From an uncultured Chthonomonadaceae bacterium (GTDB lineage Bacteria > Armatimonadota > Chthonomonadetes > Chthonomonadales > Chthonomonadaceae): a DNA stretch of 64,000 nucleotides. Position 1 is the first letter of the stretch, and each line of letters starts with the position of its first letter. This document shows, piece by piece, positions 1-10,500 of this stretch. The position numbers were made by a program, and so were the translations under genes. The stretch spans positions 384,001 to 448,000 of the forward strand of contig CAWIEK010000053.1 in assembly GCA_963835065.1 (NCBI GenBank), read 5' to 3'. The notes beneath the pieces are model-generated. The model was not told the DNA's origin. It did no database searches and saw only the letters and a list, made by a program, of their open reading frames with translations.

Positions 1-296
1 CTGTCTTCTATCTGCTCTGGTCGCTGAAATACGGCGCGATTGCCGGTCCGAACCCCTGGGGCGCGAAGGGCTTAGAGTGGGAGATTCCCTCCCCGCCGCC
101 CTCCTACAACTTCGACGAGACGCCCATTGTCACGCACGAAGCGTATGCCTACGATGAGGACATGGAGGATCAGGCGCGGCAGGATCGCGACATCATGCCC
201 GGCACAGGCCATGCCCGCGAAGAAGAAGCGTACAACGACGAACACTTGAGCAGCAACCCGGCCCAGAGTTCGGGACGCAGCAGCGAGGAACTGTAA
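1..296 (+). CDS. ctaD: cytochrome c oxidase subunit I, 3' end (partial, runs off window start)
   Basis: Frame from nt 3 reads VFYLLWSLKYGAIAGPNPWGAKGLEWEIPSPPPSYNF..., the typical NPW...LEW...SPPP.YNF C-terminus of CoxI; TAA at 294-296 abuts the subunit III ATG. Confidence 0.9.
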   Translation, partial: VFYLLWSLKYGAIAGPNPWGAKGLEWEIPSPPPSYNFDETPIVTHEAYAYDEDMEDQARQDRDIMPGTGHAREEEAYNDEHLSSNPAQSSGRSSEEL

Positions 297-1154
297 ATGA
301 GTGTTGAGGTCGAACATCAGCAATACGCGCATCAGCATGTCTCGCACCAGTTCGAGGACATCGAGCAGCAGAACGAAGCCTACATCGTCGGCATGTGGAC
401 GTTCCTTGTCACCGAAATCATGTTCTTCGGAGCGTTATTTCTCGCGCTGACGATCTACCGTTCCATCCACGTCGCGGACTTCAACGACGCCCACAAGCAC
501 CTCAACGTGTTTTACGGGGGCTTCAACACGGTTGTCCTGCTGACAAGCAGTTTCTCAATGGTGCTGGCCGTGCGCAGCGCGATGCTGGCAAGCCGCCGGG
601 GAACGCTGTTCTTCCTGGGACTGACATTAATCGGCGCGTTCATCTTTTTGGGCGTAAAAACCATTGAGTACAAGGAAAAGTGGGACCTGCACTTGATTCC
701 CGGCCCTACCTTCCATTATGAGTCGGTGGGCGCGGAGAACAATGGCGAGTCATCGGCGGAAGCCCGCCAGCGCACATCTCTAGGCGCAGGTCCCGGCCAG
801 TACCACGAACGCGGCCCGATTGTCCGTTCGGGTGGCGACTTGTCTAACTCGTCGGTAAGTTCGGAAACCGGCGCGAACACCGGCGCGAATAATGCCGAGA
901 CCAACAAAAAAGGACTGGCGGAAGACGGCAAGCAGTTGTTCTTTTGCCTGTACTTCATCATGACCGGCCTTCACGCCATTCACATCATCCTGGGTATTCT
1001 GGTGATGGGCGCGTTATGGGTCATGTACGTGTTCCGGCATCCCGCCGTCGAAGACTACATGACGCTGGAAATGACAGGGCTATACTGGCACTTCGTAGAT
1101 ATCGTCTGGATATTCCTGTTCCCCATCCTTTATCTCGTGGGAGGACACCCGTAA
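297..1154 (+). CDS. ctaE: cytochrome c oxidase subunit III
   Basis: GMWTFLVTEIMFFGALF, NTVVLLTSSFSM, YFIMTGLHAIH and GLYWHFVDIVWIFLFP motifs. Confidence 0.95.
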   Translation: MSVEVEHQQYAHQHVSHQFEDIEQQNEAYIVGMWTFLVTEIMFFGALFLALTIYRSIHVADFNDAHKHLNVFYGGFNTVVLLTSSFSMVLAVRSAMLASRRGTLFFLGLTLIGAFIFLGVKTIEYKEKWDLHLIPGPTFHYESVGAENNGESSAEARQRTSLGAGPGQYHERGPIVRSGGDLSNSSVSSETGANTGANNAETNKKGLAEDGKQLFFCLYFIMTGLHAIHIILGILVMGALWVMYVFRHPAVEDYMTLEMTGLYWHFVDIVWIFLFPILYLVGGHP

Positions 1155-1155
1155 C

Positions 1156-1512
1156 ATGGCAGCACATACCGAACATAACGAACATCATAACGAAGATTCG
1201 CACGATCTGTCGCACCACATCCGACCGATTAAAGAATACGCGATTGTTTACGGCGTCTTGATGGTACTCATGGCCGCAACTATTGCGGTGTCCTACGTGA
1301 AATTCCCCATAGAAGCCATAAACGTCATCGTCGCGCTTGTGATCGCCATCATTAAAGCCGTGCTTGTCGTCCTATTCTTCATGGGCGTGAAACACGGGAC
1401 GCGCCTGACCTGGGTATGGGCCAGTCTGGGCTTCATCTGGTTCCTGCTGATGTTCGGCACGTTGGGCGATTACGTCACGCGCAACTGGATTCAACTGCCC
1501 TCCGGCTGGTAG
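1156..1512 (+). CDS. ctaF: cytochrome c oxidase subunit IV (caa3-type)
   Basis: Three TM helices, IAIIKAVLVVLFFMGVK motif, directly after subunit III. Confidence 0.85.
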   Translation: MAAHTEHNEHHNEDSHDLSHHIRPIKEYAIVYGVLMVLMAATIAVSYVKFPIEAINVIVALVIAIIKAVLVVLFFMGVKHGTRLTWVWASLGFIWFLLMFGTLGDYVTRNWIQLPSGW

Positions 1513-1521
1513 TTCCGGGAA

Positions 1522-1770
1522 GAAAAGGAGAAAAGGAGAAAAGGAGACAGAAACCGCGAAACACGCGAACCAAGACGAAAGAGGAAAATCCAAAAGAACA
1601 AACCACAGATTAAAACGGATGAAACGGATAAGAACATCGAAAGCCAGCCCGGTCTTGTTGTTCATCCTGTTTAATCCTGAAAATCCTTTTAATCCTGTCT
1701 ATTTTCCTTTTGTTCTTTTTTCGTTTATTTCGCGTGTTTCGCGGTTCCCTTCTCCTTTTCTCCTTTTCTT
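1522..1770. repeat. nested inverted-repeat (palindromic) intergenic element
   Basis: Left arm (GGAGAAAA)n, AACCGCGAAACACGCGAA, ACAGATTAAAACGGAT is mirrored by right arm ATCCTTTTAATCCTGT, TTCGCGTGTTTCGCGGTT, (TTTTCTCC)n; lies between convergent genes. Confidence 0.85.
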
Positions 1771-1774
1771 CCTC

Positions 1775-2506
1775 TCACCAGTACAGCCAGTTGTGGGTGG
1801 TGAGGACGTAGAGGCCGAGTACGAAGTTGGTGGTGGCGTGGGCGATGAGGCAGGCGAAGAGGCTGCGGGTTTGGCGCAGGAGCAGGCCATACGCGACGGC
1901 GCAGATCAGGGCGGCAAGCCATTCCGGGTGCGCGAGGGCGAAGGCGGCGGCAACGGCGGCAAACGCGCCCCACGAAAAGGCGTACGGCGGAATGGATTGG
2001 AATTTTTCGGTTGTGATGTAGCGGATCAAGAAGGAGCGCCAGAACAGTTCCTCCATGATGGGAACCATGACAGCCAATCCGAACAGGCGAAACGCGAGGA
2101 ATAAAGCGCGTTGTGGTTCGCTTAACGCCAAAGGATCGAAGGCGACGCGCTTGCCCATTGCCAGATGCGGCGTATATGGGTCAATGAGGATCCATTCGGC
2201 AAACACGAACACGCCGACGAGAACAGCGGGCAATAGGACGCGCCATTCAAACAGGTAATCCCGCAGGGTTTTGCGAAACACGACCAGACTCAGGCTAACG
2301 ACCAATACTTTTAGAATGTAAATCCACACGTAGTTGTTTTTGTTGCCGCCCTCCAGCATGGATAGTCCGGTGAATAACAGCATCGGAACCACGTAGCCAA
2401 CCCATGACGCCCCTGGCAAGAAGGCTGACACCGGTTCCGGCAAAACCTCTCCCATTTCGGCGTCAAGCGGCGCTCCTGCGGAATTCGTTTGTTTTACTTC
2501 ACTCAT
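1775..2506 (-). CDS. CAAX prenyl protease-related intramembrane protease (CPBP; resembles PEP-CTERM-associated TIGR03008 family)
   Basis: VPIMEELFWRSFLIRY, FALAH and IAHATTN motifs; start taken at MSEVKQ (2506). Confidence 0.85.
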   Translation of the reverse strand: MSEVKQTNSAGAPLDAEMGEVLPEPVSAFLPGASWVGYVVPMLLFTGLSMLEGGNKNNYVWIYILKVLVVSLSLVVFRKTLRDYLFEWRVLLPAVLVGVFVFAEWILIDPYTPHLAMGKRVAFDPLALSEPQRALFLAFRLFGLAVMVPIMEELFWRSFLIRYITTEKFQSIPPYAFSWGAFAAVAAAFALAHPEWLAALICAVAYGLLLRQTRSLFACLIAHATTNFVLGLYVLTTHNWLYW

Positions 2507-2735
2507 GCGTTGGCTCCGTAGGTTCAACCAGTTTGCGATATACAAACTGATCTTTGATTTTACGGTCAAAGAACGCGCCTTTGGACTCGGCGTTCATCAG
2601 TTCCAGATAGATACCGGCGGGAACGCCCAAATAAAGATAAATGCCGCCATCCCTGAAACTTATCTCCAAGTCCCCTTTTTTCGTGTCGTACCCGACCGTA
2701 AAAATCACCGACGACTCCACAATCAATCGCTCCAT
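2499..2735 (-). CDS. KTSC domain protein
   Basis: VESSVIFTVGYD...LEISFRDGGIYLYLGVP...LMNAESKGAFFDRKIK. Confidence 0.9.
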   Translation of the reverse strand: MERLIVESSVIFTVGYDTKKGDLEISFRDGGIYLYLGVPAGIYLELMNAESKGAFFDRKIKDQFVYRKLVEPTEPTHE

Positions 2736-2769
2736 CCCTGCTCCCTCTGCTTGATGTTAGTTCCGGGTT

Positions 2770-2807
2770 CCTGAACACCCGAACACCTGAACACCTGAAC
2801 ACCTGAA
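2770..2807. repeat. 8-nt tandem repeat (CCTGAACA)x4-5
   Basis: cctgaacacccgaacacctgaacacctgaacacctgaa; same unit as an inverted pair at ~60542-60653. Confidence 0.85.
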
Positions 2808-2840
2808 TTGCCGACACGACAGTATACCCAATTAGATGCG

Positions 2841-2869
2841 GGAACAGAGATTTGCCGCGTCCCGTCTAT
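2841..2869 (+). promoter_or_regulatory. putative ECF-sigma promoter upstream of dps
   Basis: GGAAC-N18-GTCTAT, resembling the GAAC(T/C)...GTCT(A) ECF consensus; same motif precedes both copies of the 19.1/50.8 kb element. Confidence 0.45.
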
Positions 2870-3014
2870 TTACCGGACGCCCCCACGTCATCAAAGATTG
2901 CAGCCGCAGACAACTGCGGCTGCAATACTGTCAAGTACATGATGCAGATTTTTGCCTACCCATTGAACTTTGCGCATCACAAGTAAACACCATTGAAGTA
3001 CGAAGGAGATCGAA

Positions 3015-3644
3015 ATGCCGACCGCTTATCAGCGCGTGAAAGACGTGCTGCCCAATCCGATTGGATACAAACAGGAAGATGCCGAAAAGATCGTCAAAGC
3101 GTTCAACGAGCATCTGAGTATGACTTATGTGCTGTATTTTCAGGTGAAGAAGCATCACTGGCTGGTGCGCGGCCCGCAGTGGCACGACATTCATTTGCTG
3201 CTGGACGAAGTGGCTGCGGAACTGCTGGAGCAGGCCGATTTCTTTGCCGAGCGAATCACCTATTTCGGCGGCATCCCCATTTCCACCATGCGTGAATTTG
3301 AAAGCGTTTCGCCCATCAAGCCGGAAGGCGATGACCTATTCGACTTGAAGGAAATGCTTGCCAATGATATTGTCGGCACAGTGACGAGTTTGCACAAGCT
3401 GCGCGAAACGCACGAACTGACCGATGAAATCAAAGACGTGTTCGACGCCAGCCAGATTGAGAACTACATCGGCCAGCGCGAAAAGTTCTGCCACGAACTG
3501 CACTTCTACATCGAGCCGGATCAATTGGCCGCCGACACCAAAGACCCGCACAAGGACGTGCTATTGCAGGAACCCCAACTTGCGCAAAAGATCGCGTCTA
3601 ACGGCAGCAACGAAGTGAGAGAGCCTGCCGGAGCCGGTAAGTAA
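3015..3644 (+). CDS. dps: Dps family DNA starvation/stationary phase protection protein
   Basis: KKHHWLVRGPQWHDIHLLLDE...ADFFAERI ferroxidase motif; RBS AAGGAG. Confidence 0.9.
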   Translation: MPTAYQRVKDVLPNPIGYKQEDAEKIVKAFNEHLSMTYVLYFQVKKHHWLVRGPQWHDIHLLLDEVAAELLEQADFFAERITYFGGIPISTMREFESVSPIKPEGDDLFDLKEMLANDIVGTVTSLHKLRETHELTDEIKDVFDASQIENYIGQREKFCHELHFYIEPDQLAADTKDPHKDVLLQEPQLAQKIASNGSNEVREPAGAGK

Positions 3645-3729
3645 CGAAGATCATATTTCTAACTTCTCAGGTACTGCCAATCACCTAACCTGGCAGTTCT
3701 TGCGTTATGAGACTATCGGTATATAATTC

Positions 3730-3762
3730 AACGCCGCACAACAAAATTGTGCGGCGTTGCTT
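3730..3762 (+). terminator. probable intrinsic terminator hairpin after dps
   Basis: CAACGCCGCACAA-caaaa-TTGTGCGGCGTTG perfect stem. Confidence 0.6.
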
Positions 3763-3949
3763 ATATGTGCAAATCCGTAGATTTCTGCAACAGTGTTTCT
3801 GCTAATGAAGTTTCTATCAAAAATACTTCTTGTCAAGAAGTATGAATCGTGCTATCATCCTGAATGTATGTTCTGTAGACATATTCGCTACCCATGCTGG
3901 TTTGGTTCGTTCCTGATGATATGGCTTTCAGCCATGAAAGGATGGTTGC

Positions 3950-4411
3950 ATGAAACATTCTTCTATCTTCCAATGGCTCTCCGTAATAACGTTGAGCCTC
4001 TTGCCTGTTATAACGCAGGCGGACACAGTGACAGCAACAGTCACTGTGTCTTCTCCCGCCCAAAATGCCTCCTATACTATTCCTAATGGCGCTCCGGGGG
4101 CGAATGTCACTATTTCCACGACAGGTCACAAAGTGACAATTCAAGCGGCTTATGCCTCTTACTTGAACGTGTCATGGCGATTGTGGATTACCCTCGATTC
4201 ACCCTTAAACGGTACGTGGCAATCAGACAATGCCACTGCCACGAGTGCGACAACGAATGCGGCTGGATATTGGGAACATCTAGCTGTGATGTCCTCCACG
4301 CAAGGCGTTCCTGCGGGCAGTCACACGGCTATTGGGTACAGTGAGATTGACGTTCCTGCCATTGGCAATCAAGATACGACTTCATCTCACAATTTCACTG
4401 TAACAAGGTAG
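3950..4411 (+). CDS. hypothetical secreted protein (beta-rich, Ig-like)
   Basis: Signal peptide ending TQA-D, T/S/V-rich mature part. Confidence 0.6.
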   Translation: MKHSSIFQWLSVITLSLLPVITQADTVTATVTVSSPAQNASYTIPNGAPGANVTISTTGHKVTIQAAYASYLNVSWRLWITLDSPLNGTWQSDNATATSATTNAAGYWEHLAVMSSTQGVPAGSHTAIGYSEIDVPAIGNQDTTSSHNFTVTR

Positions 4412-4455
4412 TCATTCTTCAATCACTCCTGCTGCCAGTCAACTGAGTAGCAGGA

Positions 4456-5449
4456 GTGATAGCACTGTGGGGAAATATCATGTCTTGCCGAATTTGTTAC
4501 ACAGTCTGGATGCTAATGTTGTTTCTTACACCGATAGCAAGGAGCGCACCGATCACGCAGGAAATGCGGCAGGCAGATAAGCGTTTGGAAACCCTCATTA
4601 CTCTTGCTGCCCCACGTATTTACTTGGGCGAACTCTTGGAACAGGTTTCCGCACAGAGTCACGTAAGCATAACTACATCACTCCGTGAGCCGATGTCGGG
4701 CGCGCGGCTTACAATTTCATTTCGCCGTATGCCCCTTGCAGATGTGCTGAACGGCCTGTACTCTCTTCTCAGTTTTCGGGATGCGGAATGGCGTTGGGAG
4801 CGTACCGGGAAACCGGACACGAGCGACAACTATACCTACCATTTTATAATTACAGAAGCCGCGCGTTCCCTGCCTGACCGCCTGCGCCAGAAAGCGCAGG
4901 CGGCCTTTGAGCATGAGGCCATGTCCTTGCTCGGCGCGGTGAAGATGACGCAGCAGGAACGTGATGCTCTAGGGCGCAAGGAACCGGAAACAGGACAACT
5001 ACTAACCGAGCCGCGCACAATGGAGGGATTAAATGCCATTTCCGAATCCGTGCCGGCGGAACACCTGCCGCAGCTATTAAGTGGCAAAGAGCAAGTTCGC
5101 GTTCCTTTTGACAAACTATCGGCAAGGGCGCAGGAGTACGTTCGCTCCGAGTTTGCAGCATCCCAATCCACAAGCCCATTTCCTACATTTGTTATATTTC
5201 ATATGGATCGCCCGGATAGATTTCAGGCTGCCGGCTTGTTTATGGAAATTGAACACATCGGCGGCAATGCTCAAAGGTGTGAACGGCATGCCGCCTGTTG
5301 AGGGTGACATCAGCCAAGTACGCTTACGCCTGCTGACGAAAACAAAACCGGAGTACCCAAACAAACGGTTCGTAGAATTTCACATGACACGCGAAGACGG
5401 GCAGTTTATGGGCGGCTACGGGTTTGCTTACGAGCCTCGGAAAGGCTGA
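4456..5449 (+). pseudogene. hypothetical exported protein (STN-like N-terminus), frameshifted near 5270
   Basis: ORF 4456-5301 (DKRLETLITL...LGELLEQVSAQSHVSI) appears to continue in the frame of ORF 5081-5449. Confidence 0.45.
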
Positions 5450-5579
5450 GATAGCCGCGCAGGTTTCGCGTTCTGACGCCACCGACAAACAGCCTTTGCC
5501 AACAGACAAGTAATTTCTTTGGGTAAGCAGGTCAGTATGGTATACTCTATTTCACAAAGCGGAGAGGAGGAACCTGACG

Positions 5580-5858
5580 ATGGCAGTCAAAAAACACGAC
5601 ACGATGACATTGGAAGAGTTTGACAGGCGACTTGAGCAGAACAATGCGCGGCTACAGCAAGAATTGGTCGAAGCGCAGGACCGGGTTGCTAAATTGGAAG
5701 CGCTGATTGCGCGTAAACAAGCGTTCTCCCAACGCCTGACTCAAATATTGACCGAAATTGAGCGCGAAGAAAATGAGATTGCCACAATGGAAAAAGGAGT
5801 GCGCCCTCCACGCAAGACCAGTCGCCAACGCGCTGCTGCCACACAATCCCCGCTATGA
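5580..5858 (+). CDS. small coiled-coil hypothetical protein
   Basis: RBS GAGGAGG, heptad-rich E/Q/L sequence, ATGA overlap with the HNH gene. Confidence 0.7.
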   Translation: MAVKKHDTMTLEEFDRRLEQNNARLQQELVEAQDRVAKLEALIARKQAFSQRLTQILTEIEREENEIATMEKGVRPPRKTSRQRAAATQSPL

Positions 5859-6331
5859 TTTCTGCTCATCTGCGTCGAACCGTCCGCGCTCTTTATGCGT
5901 TCGCCTGCGGGTATTGTGGGATAACGGAAACTGAAGCCGGTTCGCAATTGACTATAGACCATTATCAGCCTAAAGATGCAGGCGGCTCAGATGACATCGC
6001 CAATCTGGTGTATGCCTGCCATGCGTGTAACCTGCTCAAGTCTGCCGCATGGAACCCTCTCAATGCCCCTGTATTGCACCCGCTTCGCTCCGATATGAAC
6101 GACCACATCCGCCTGCTTCCTGACAGCATATTGCAAGGGTTGACGCCGGAAGGGACACGCCATATAGAAACGCTTCATCTCAATCGCGTTCCATTGGTGG
6201 CACATCGCAAGATTCGCCGGGTCATGGAAGCAATCTTCGAGCGAGAAGAGCGCCTTCGCGCGCAAGATACACTGGAAGATCAAGAAATCCACAAAAAACA
6301 AAGAATGATCCGCAGAAGCAGACGGCGATAG
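5855..6331 (+). CDS. HNH endonuclease
   Basis: CGYCG...TIDHYQPK..GGSDDIANLVYACHACN..K. Confidence 0.9.
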   Translation: MISAHLRRTVRALYAFACGYCGITETEAGSQLTIDHYQPKDAGGSDDIANLVYACHACNLLKSAAWNPLNAPVLHPLRSDMNDHIRLLPDSILQGLTPEGTRHIETLHLNRVPLVAHRKIRRVMEAIFEREERLRAQDTLEDQEIHKKQRMIRRSRRR

Positions 6332-6478
6332 CCGTAAAATAGAGGGGCAAGCGGCGCGAATGGCGCTTTTCGGCAACATTCGCGCACTTTTTACGTTTGG
6401 AACGTTGGCGAGACAGGTATTTATCCGATAAATGGCGAATTTACGGGTACACCAGCGTTATCAAAGGAGAAGAACTCA

Positions 6479-7123
6479 ATGCCTGAACCACCCATGTACC
6501 ACCCGCAACTGCCCGCTTATCTGGAAAGCCTTGTACCGCCCCGCGATCCGATCATGGAGGAAATGGAAGCGTATGCCCGTGAAGTGGGCTTTCCTATCAT
6601 CGGCATACCCGGCGGCTATTTCTTGTACCAGATTGCCCGGATGCTGAAAGCCACGCAGATTTTCGAACTCGGCTCCGGGTATGGCTACTCGACGGCATGG
6701 TTCGCCAAAGCGGTCAAAGAAAACGGCGGCGGAACCGTGCATCATGTGGTTTGGGACGAGGAGTTGTCTTCTAAAGCGCGGGGCTATCTTGGACGGCTTG
6801 GCTTTGACGACATTGTACAGTACCACGTTGGCGAGGCGACCGAAGCCTTGAAGCAGACTGGTGGAACCTACGACATTCTGTTCAACGACATTGACAAGCA
6901 CATGTACCCCGCTTCCATGCCCATCATCAAGCAAACGCTGCGCTCCGGCGGCGTTCTCGTCATTGACAACATGCTGTGGCACGGCGCGATTTTCGACCCG
7001 AACAACCACACTCCCGACAACGAAGGCGTTCTGGAAGTGACCAAAATGCTGACAACCGACCCGGAGTTCATTTCAACCCTGATTCCCCTGCGCGACGGCA
7101 TGATTGTGGCCTACCGCAAGTAG
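6479..7123 (+). CDS. O-methyltransferase (Methyltransf_3 family)
   Basis: FELGSGYGYS SAM motif, DIDKHMY, GGVLVIDNMLWHG, IPLRDGM. Confidence 0.9.
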   Translation: MPEPPMYHPQLPAYLESLVPPRDPIMEEMEAYAREVGFPIIGIPGGYFLYQIARMLKATQIFELGSGYGYSTAWFAKAVKENGGGTVHHVVWDEELSSKARGYLGRLGFDDIVQYHVGEATEALKQTGGTYDILFNDIDKHMYPASMPIIKQTLRSGGVLVIDNMLWHGAIFDPNNHTPDNEGVLEVTKMLTTDPEFISTLIPLRDGMIVAYRK

Positions 7124-7455
7124 CGCTTGCATTGACGCCGCCCTGCTTGAAACCGTTGTTCATAAATTTACAGGCGTTCACACATTCGCCTGCGCGAAAA
7201 GACAGCACAACATCCGAAACCTGTGGTATAATGCGTTTACATGGAGAAAACGCGCTTTTTTACTGTCGCGTTGTTGCCGTGCAGGAATTCGCGCCCCGTT
7301 GCCGAATTCTTTCCTTAGAGGAACCCATCGCCGCCTGCTTATACGGCTGCGCTCGCCATTCTTCCTCCCCCCGTGCCGTCAACCTGGCCCCGGCCTGATC
7401 GCGCCTGCCCCCGCTCGCCCGCTCCCGCCGCGCCCATGTGAAGACTGTCGCAGGA

Positions 7456-7571
7456 AGGCATCAGGCATTAGGCATTAGGCATTAGGAAATCCGCTGTCCA
7501 TAAGATTGCTCAATCCTCAGTACATCTCATGCAGTTCTTTCCTAATGCCTAATGCCTAATGCCTGATACCT
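7456..7571. repeat. inverted arrays of heptamer AGGCATT
   Basis: aggcatcaggcattaggcattaggcattaggaaa ... tttcctaatgcctaatgcctaatgcctgatacct. Confidence 0.9.
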
Positions 7572-7591
7572 GACATGCGCAGGGTGGAACC

Positions 7592-10500
7592 ATGCTCAAG
7601 TCTTACCAACGCCGCGCTTTTCTCGCGCTTGCCGTCGTCGCGCTGGAACCGATTGCCGTTCCGGGCGCCCATGCCGAAGAACCTCGCGCCGCCGAACCGC
7701 TGACCCTGTGGGAAACGCTCAACCACGTCGAGCGCAAGTCGGACAAGAAAACCGATGACCCCGATGAGCCGACTCTGGTTCCGCTTGGAACGGTTCCCGG
7801 CTTCAGCCTGCCTTCGCTGGATCGCGTCGGCAGCAATTCGCCTTCCCTCGGTAAGAAGAAACAGTATCGCGGCATGTTCGGGCCGATGTCCCGCCTGTGG
7901 GATACCGTGCTGACCGCAACCGGCAGCAAGATTGACGTCAAGGGCGACGCCACGCTGTCTTTGCGGCAGGACAATGTTTCAGGCGGCGCTCAAGCGACGC
8001 AAACCTATCAGGATCAGAACTACTACGGGCAGGGTTCCAATGGTATTTACACCAACACCAGCCTGCACGTAGACTCGACCCTGTTCAAGTATTTTCACTA
8101 CAGCAGCACCATCAGCAACAGCCCCTATCGCTCGCCCGGCGAGAACCGCGTCAAACTGGATTATAATACCAAGCAAACGCGCTTTCAGGCGGGCGATATC
8201 AACGCCGGCTTTTCCGGCAACAGCCTCATAGACTTCAACCGCTATCTGAGCGGCGTCCAATTTGAGAATCAGTGGTCCAAGCAGCTAAAAACCTCGATGC
8301 TGTTTTCGCGCACCAAAGCGGAAACCAAGACATTGACGGTTGCGGGCAATGACTCGGCAGGGCCGTATTATCTGTTCTCCGGGCAGATCGTGGACGGCAG
8401 CGCCCATGTGCGCGTGGATAACCGCGACCTGGCTCCCGGCAAGGATTATACGCTGGACTCCAATACGGGGCAGCTGCAGTTCCTCAACGGCAATGTCGTC
8501 CTCCACTCGCAGACCATTGCCATCACCTACGAAACGCTGGGCTACAACCAGTCGCAGGGCACGATTTACGGCTTCCGCACCCAGTTTGCGCCCCGCGCTT
8601 CCACCAACATCGGCCTGACCTACGTGACGCAGCAGACCCGCGCCCTGTCCGCCATTTCGCAGCGTACGCAGCAGTTTTACGGCGTGGAAAACGCCGGCGG
8701 CCAGTATACGATGGACTCGGCCATTGACAGTACCAAGCCTCTCAATGTTACCGTCAACGGGGTTCCTCTTGTGCAAGGGACGCCCGCTTCCGGCGATTAC
8801 TGGCTGGACAGCGTGTTTCCTCAGACGCTACACATCCGCAACCCCATCCCGTCCACGCAGCAAGTAATCGTTAAATACGTGCCGCTTGACACCAGCCCGA
8901 CTCCCGGCAACCGCAGCGTGATGGGCGTGGATGGACACATGGGGTTGGGACGATGGGGCGGCGTGACGCTGGAAACCGCGCTGTCCGGCCTGGACTTGAC
9001 CGGTAAAAGTTACACCGGCAAAGCGGCGCAGCTGCGTTTCGATTTGAACCCACTGCGCAACCTGAGCACGCATATCACGGTGCGCGATGTGGGAGCGACG
9101 TATTCGTCCATCCAATCGCCGGGCTTCAACCGCAACGAGAAATCGCTGGATATTGCGGGCGAGTATTCCCCTTCCTCGCGGCTGCACTTCAATTACGGCT
9201 GGCAAAACGCCAAACGGCCCTCTTATACCTACGCAACGGGGGCTGTCACAGGATCGCAGTACAACATTACCAGCAATGGCGAGGATACGTACCGGCAGTA
9301 TTCGCTGGGCGCTTCTTACGATCTCACGCGCAACACCAAACTGAGCCTGACCCGCAATACGCTGGGAACCGATTACATCGTTGGCGGCTTCAGCAAATCC
9401 ACCAGCGACACGCTGGACTTTAACTGGAACCTGCGCCAGTTCTCCGTCAATGCCGGCCTGAGCCGCAATATCTCGGACACCAACGCGCCGAATGGCTACT
9501 ACGGCCTGACGACGGGAACTACCGGGCTTGCCACAACAGCCACAACCGGCGCGTACAATACGCAATCTTCCACCATAACCCAGCGCGTCGGCCTGAACTG
9601 GGACCCGCTCAAATGGCTGCACTTGAACTCCAGCCTGTCGGACAACCAGATTCACAACACGGGTACGGGCTATACGGGAGCGCTCCAGCATACGAACGCG
9701 ACGGATCGGCAAATCTCCGCCCGCATCACGCCCGGACGCGGCCTGTCCTTCACCTACTCCTATGACCTGTCCGATACGGGCACGGCCAACACTCTCGGTG
9801 GCCTGACCACCATCGCCGGAACCGGAACCACTGTGGCGACGGGTGGAACCACGACAACGACAGGAACAACGGGCGCGACGGGGACTACAACCGGAACAAC
9901 AGGAACCACTACGGGCGTCACGGGAACGGGTATCGCGGGAACCCGAAGCGTGATCTTCCGCCCCTGGGTGTCGCCGATCACCCGCGACAGCACGACGGGC
10001 AATACGACAACCGGCTTCGGCACGACCACAGCGGGCTCAACGGTGCTGACTCCGGTGGGAAGTTTATCAGGCGGCGGCATCAACTACAATCTGGGCGCGG
10101 CGGGCAACTACAGCGGACTACTGGGCAACAGTTCCAACAGCATCGGCGTGACCAGCCTGGGCGGGCGCAGCGGAACCAACCGCATCGGCATGGACTACGC
10201 GATTTCCCGCGCCCTGCATCTCAGCATGGGCTACGACGCTTCCACCAGCATCGGCGATTACCAGTACAACAGCAACCGCAACAACGGGACGCTGGGCCTC
10301 AACTACAACCCTTCCGACCGTTGGGCCTTCAACATGAATGTGAACGCGCAGAAGGTTGCTTATACCGGCTCCCTCGGCGGCACGAACAGCAGTTCCATGC
10401 AGTTCGGCTTTACGGGCCGGCCCTTCGGCAACAAAATCAGCACCACAATCAACTGGCAAAGCGTTCGCACCAAAAGCGACCTGAACCTGTCCAGCCTTAC

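Noticed and set aside
1619..2104. ORF over the palindrome (also the 5' part of 17415-18227 and 52228-52350)
   Set aside because: Translation of intergenic repeats or antisense sequence; better starts exist downstream.
2770..2807. CRISPR-like repeats (also the other short arrays)
   Set aside because: Units are 7-9 nt with no unique spacers, and there are no cas genes.
7581..7594. T-box-like AGGGTGGAACCA
   Set aside because: It coincides with the RBS and start codon of an outer-membrane gene; no specifier stem or terminator seen.
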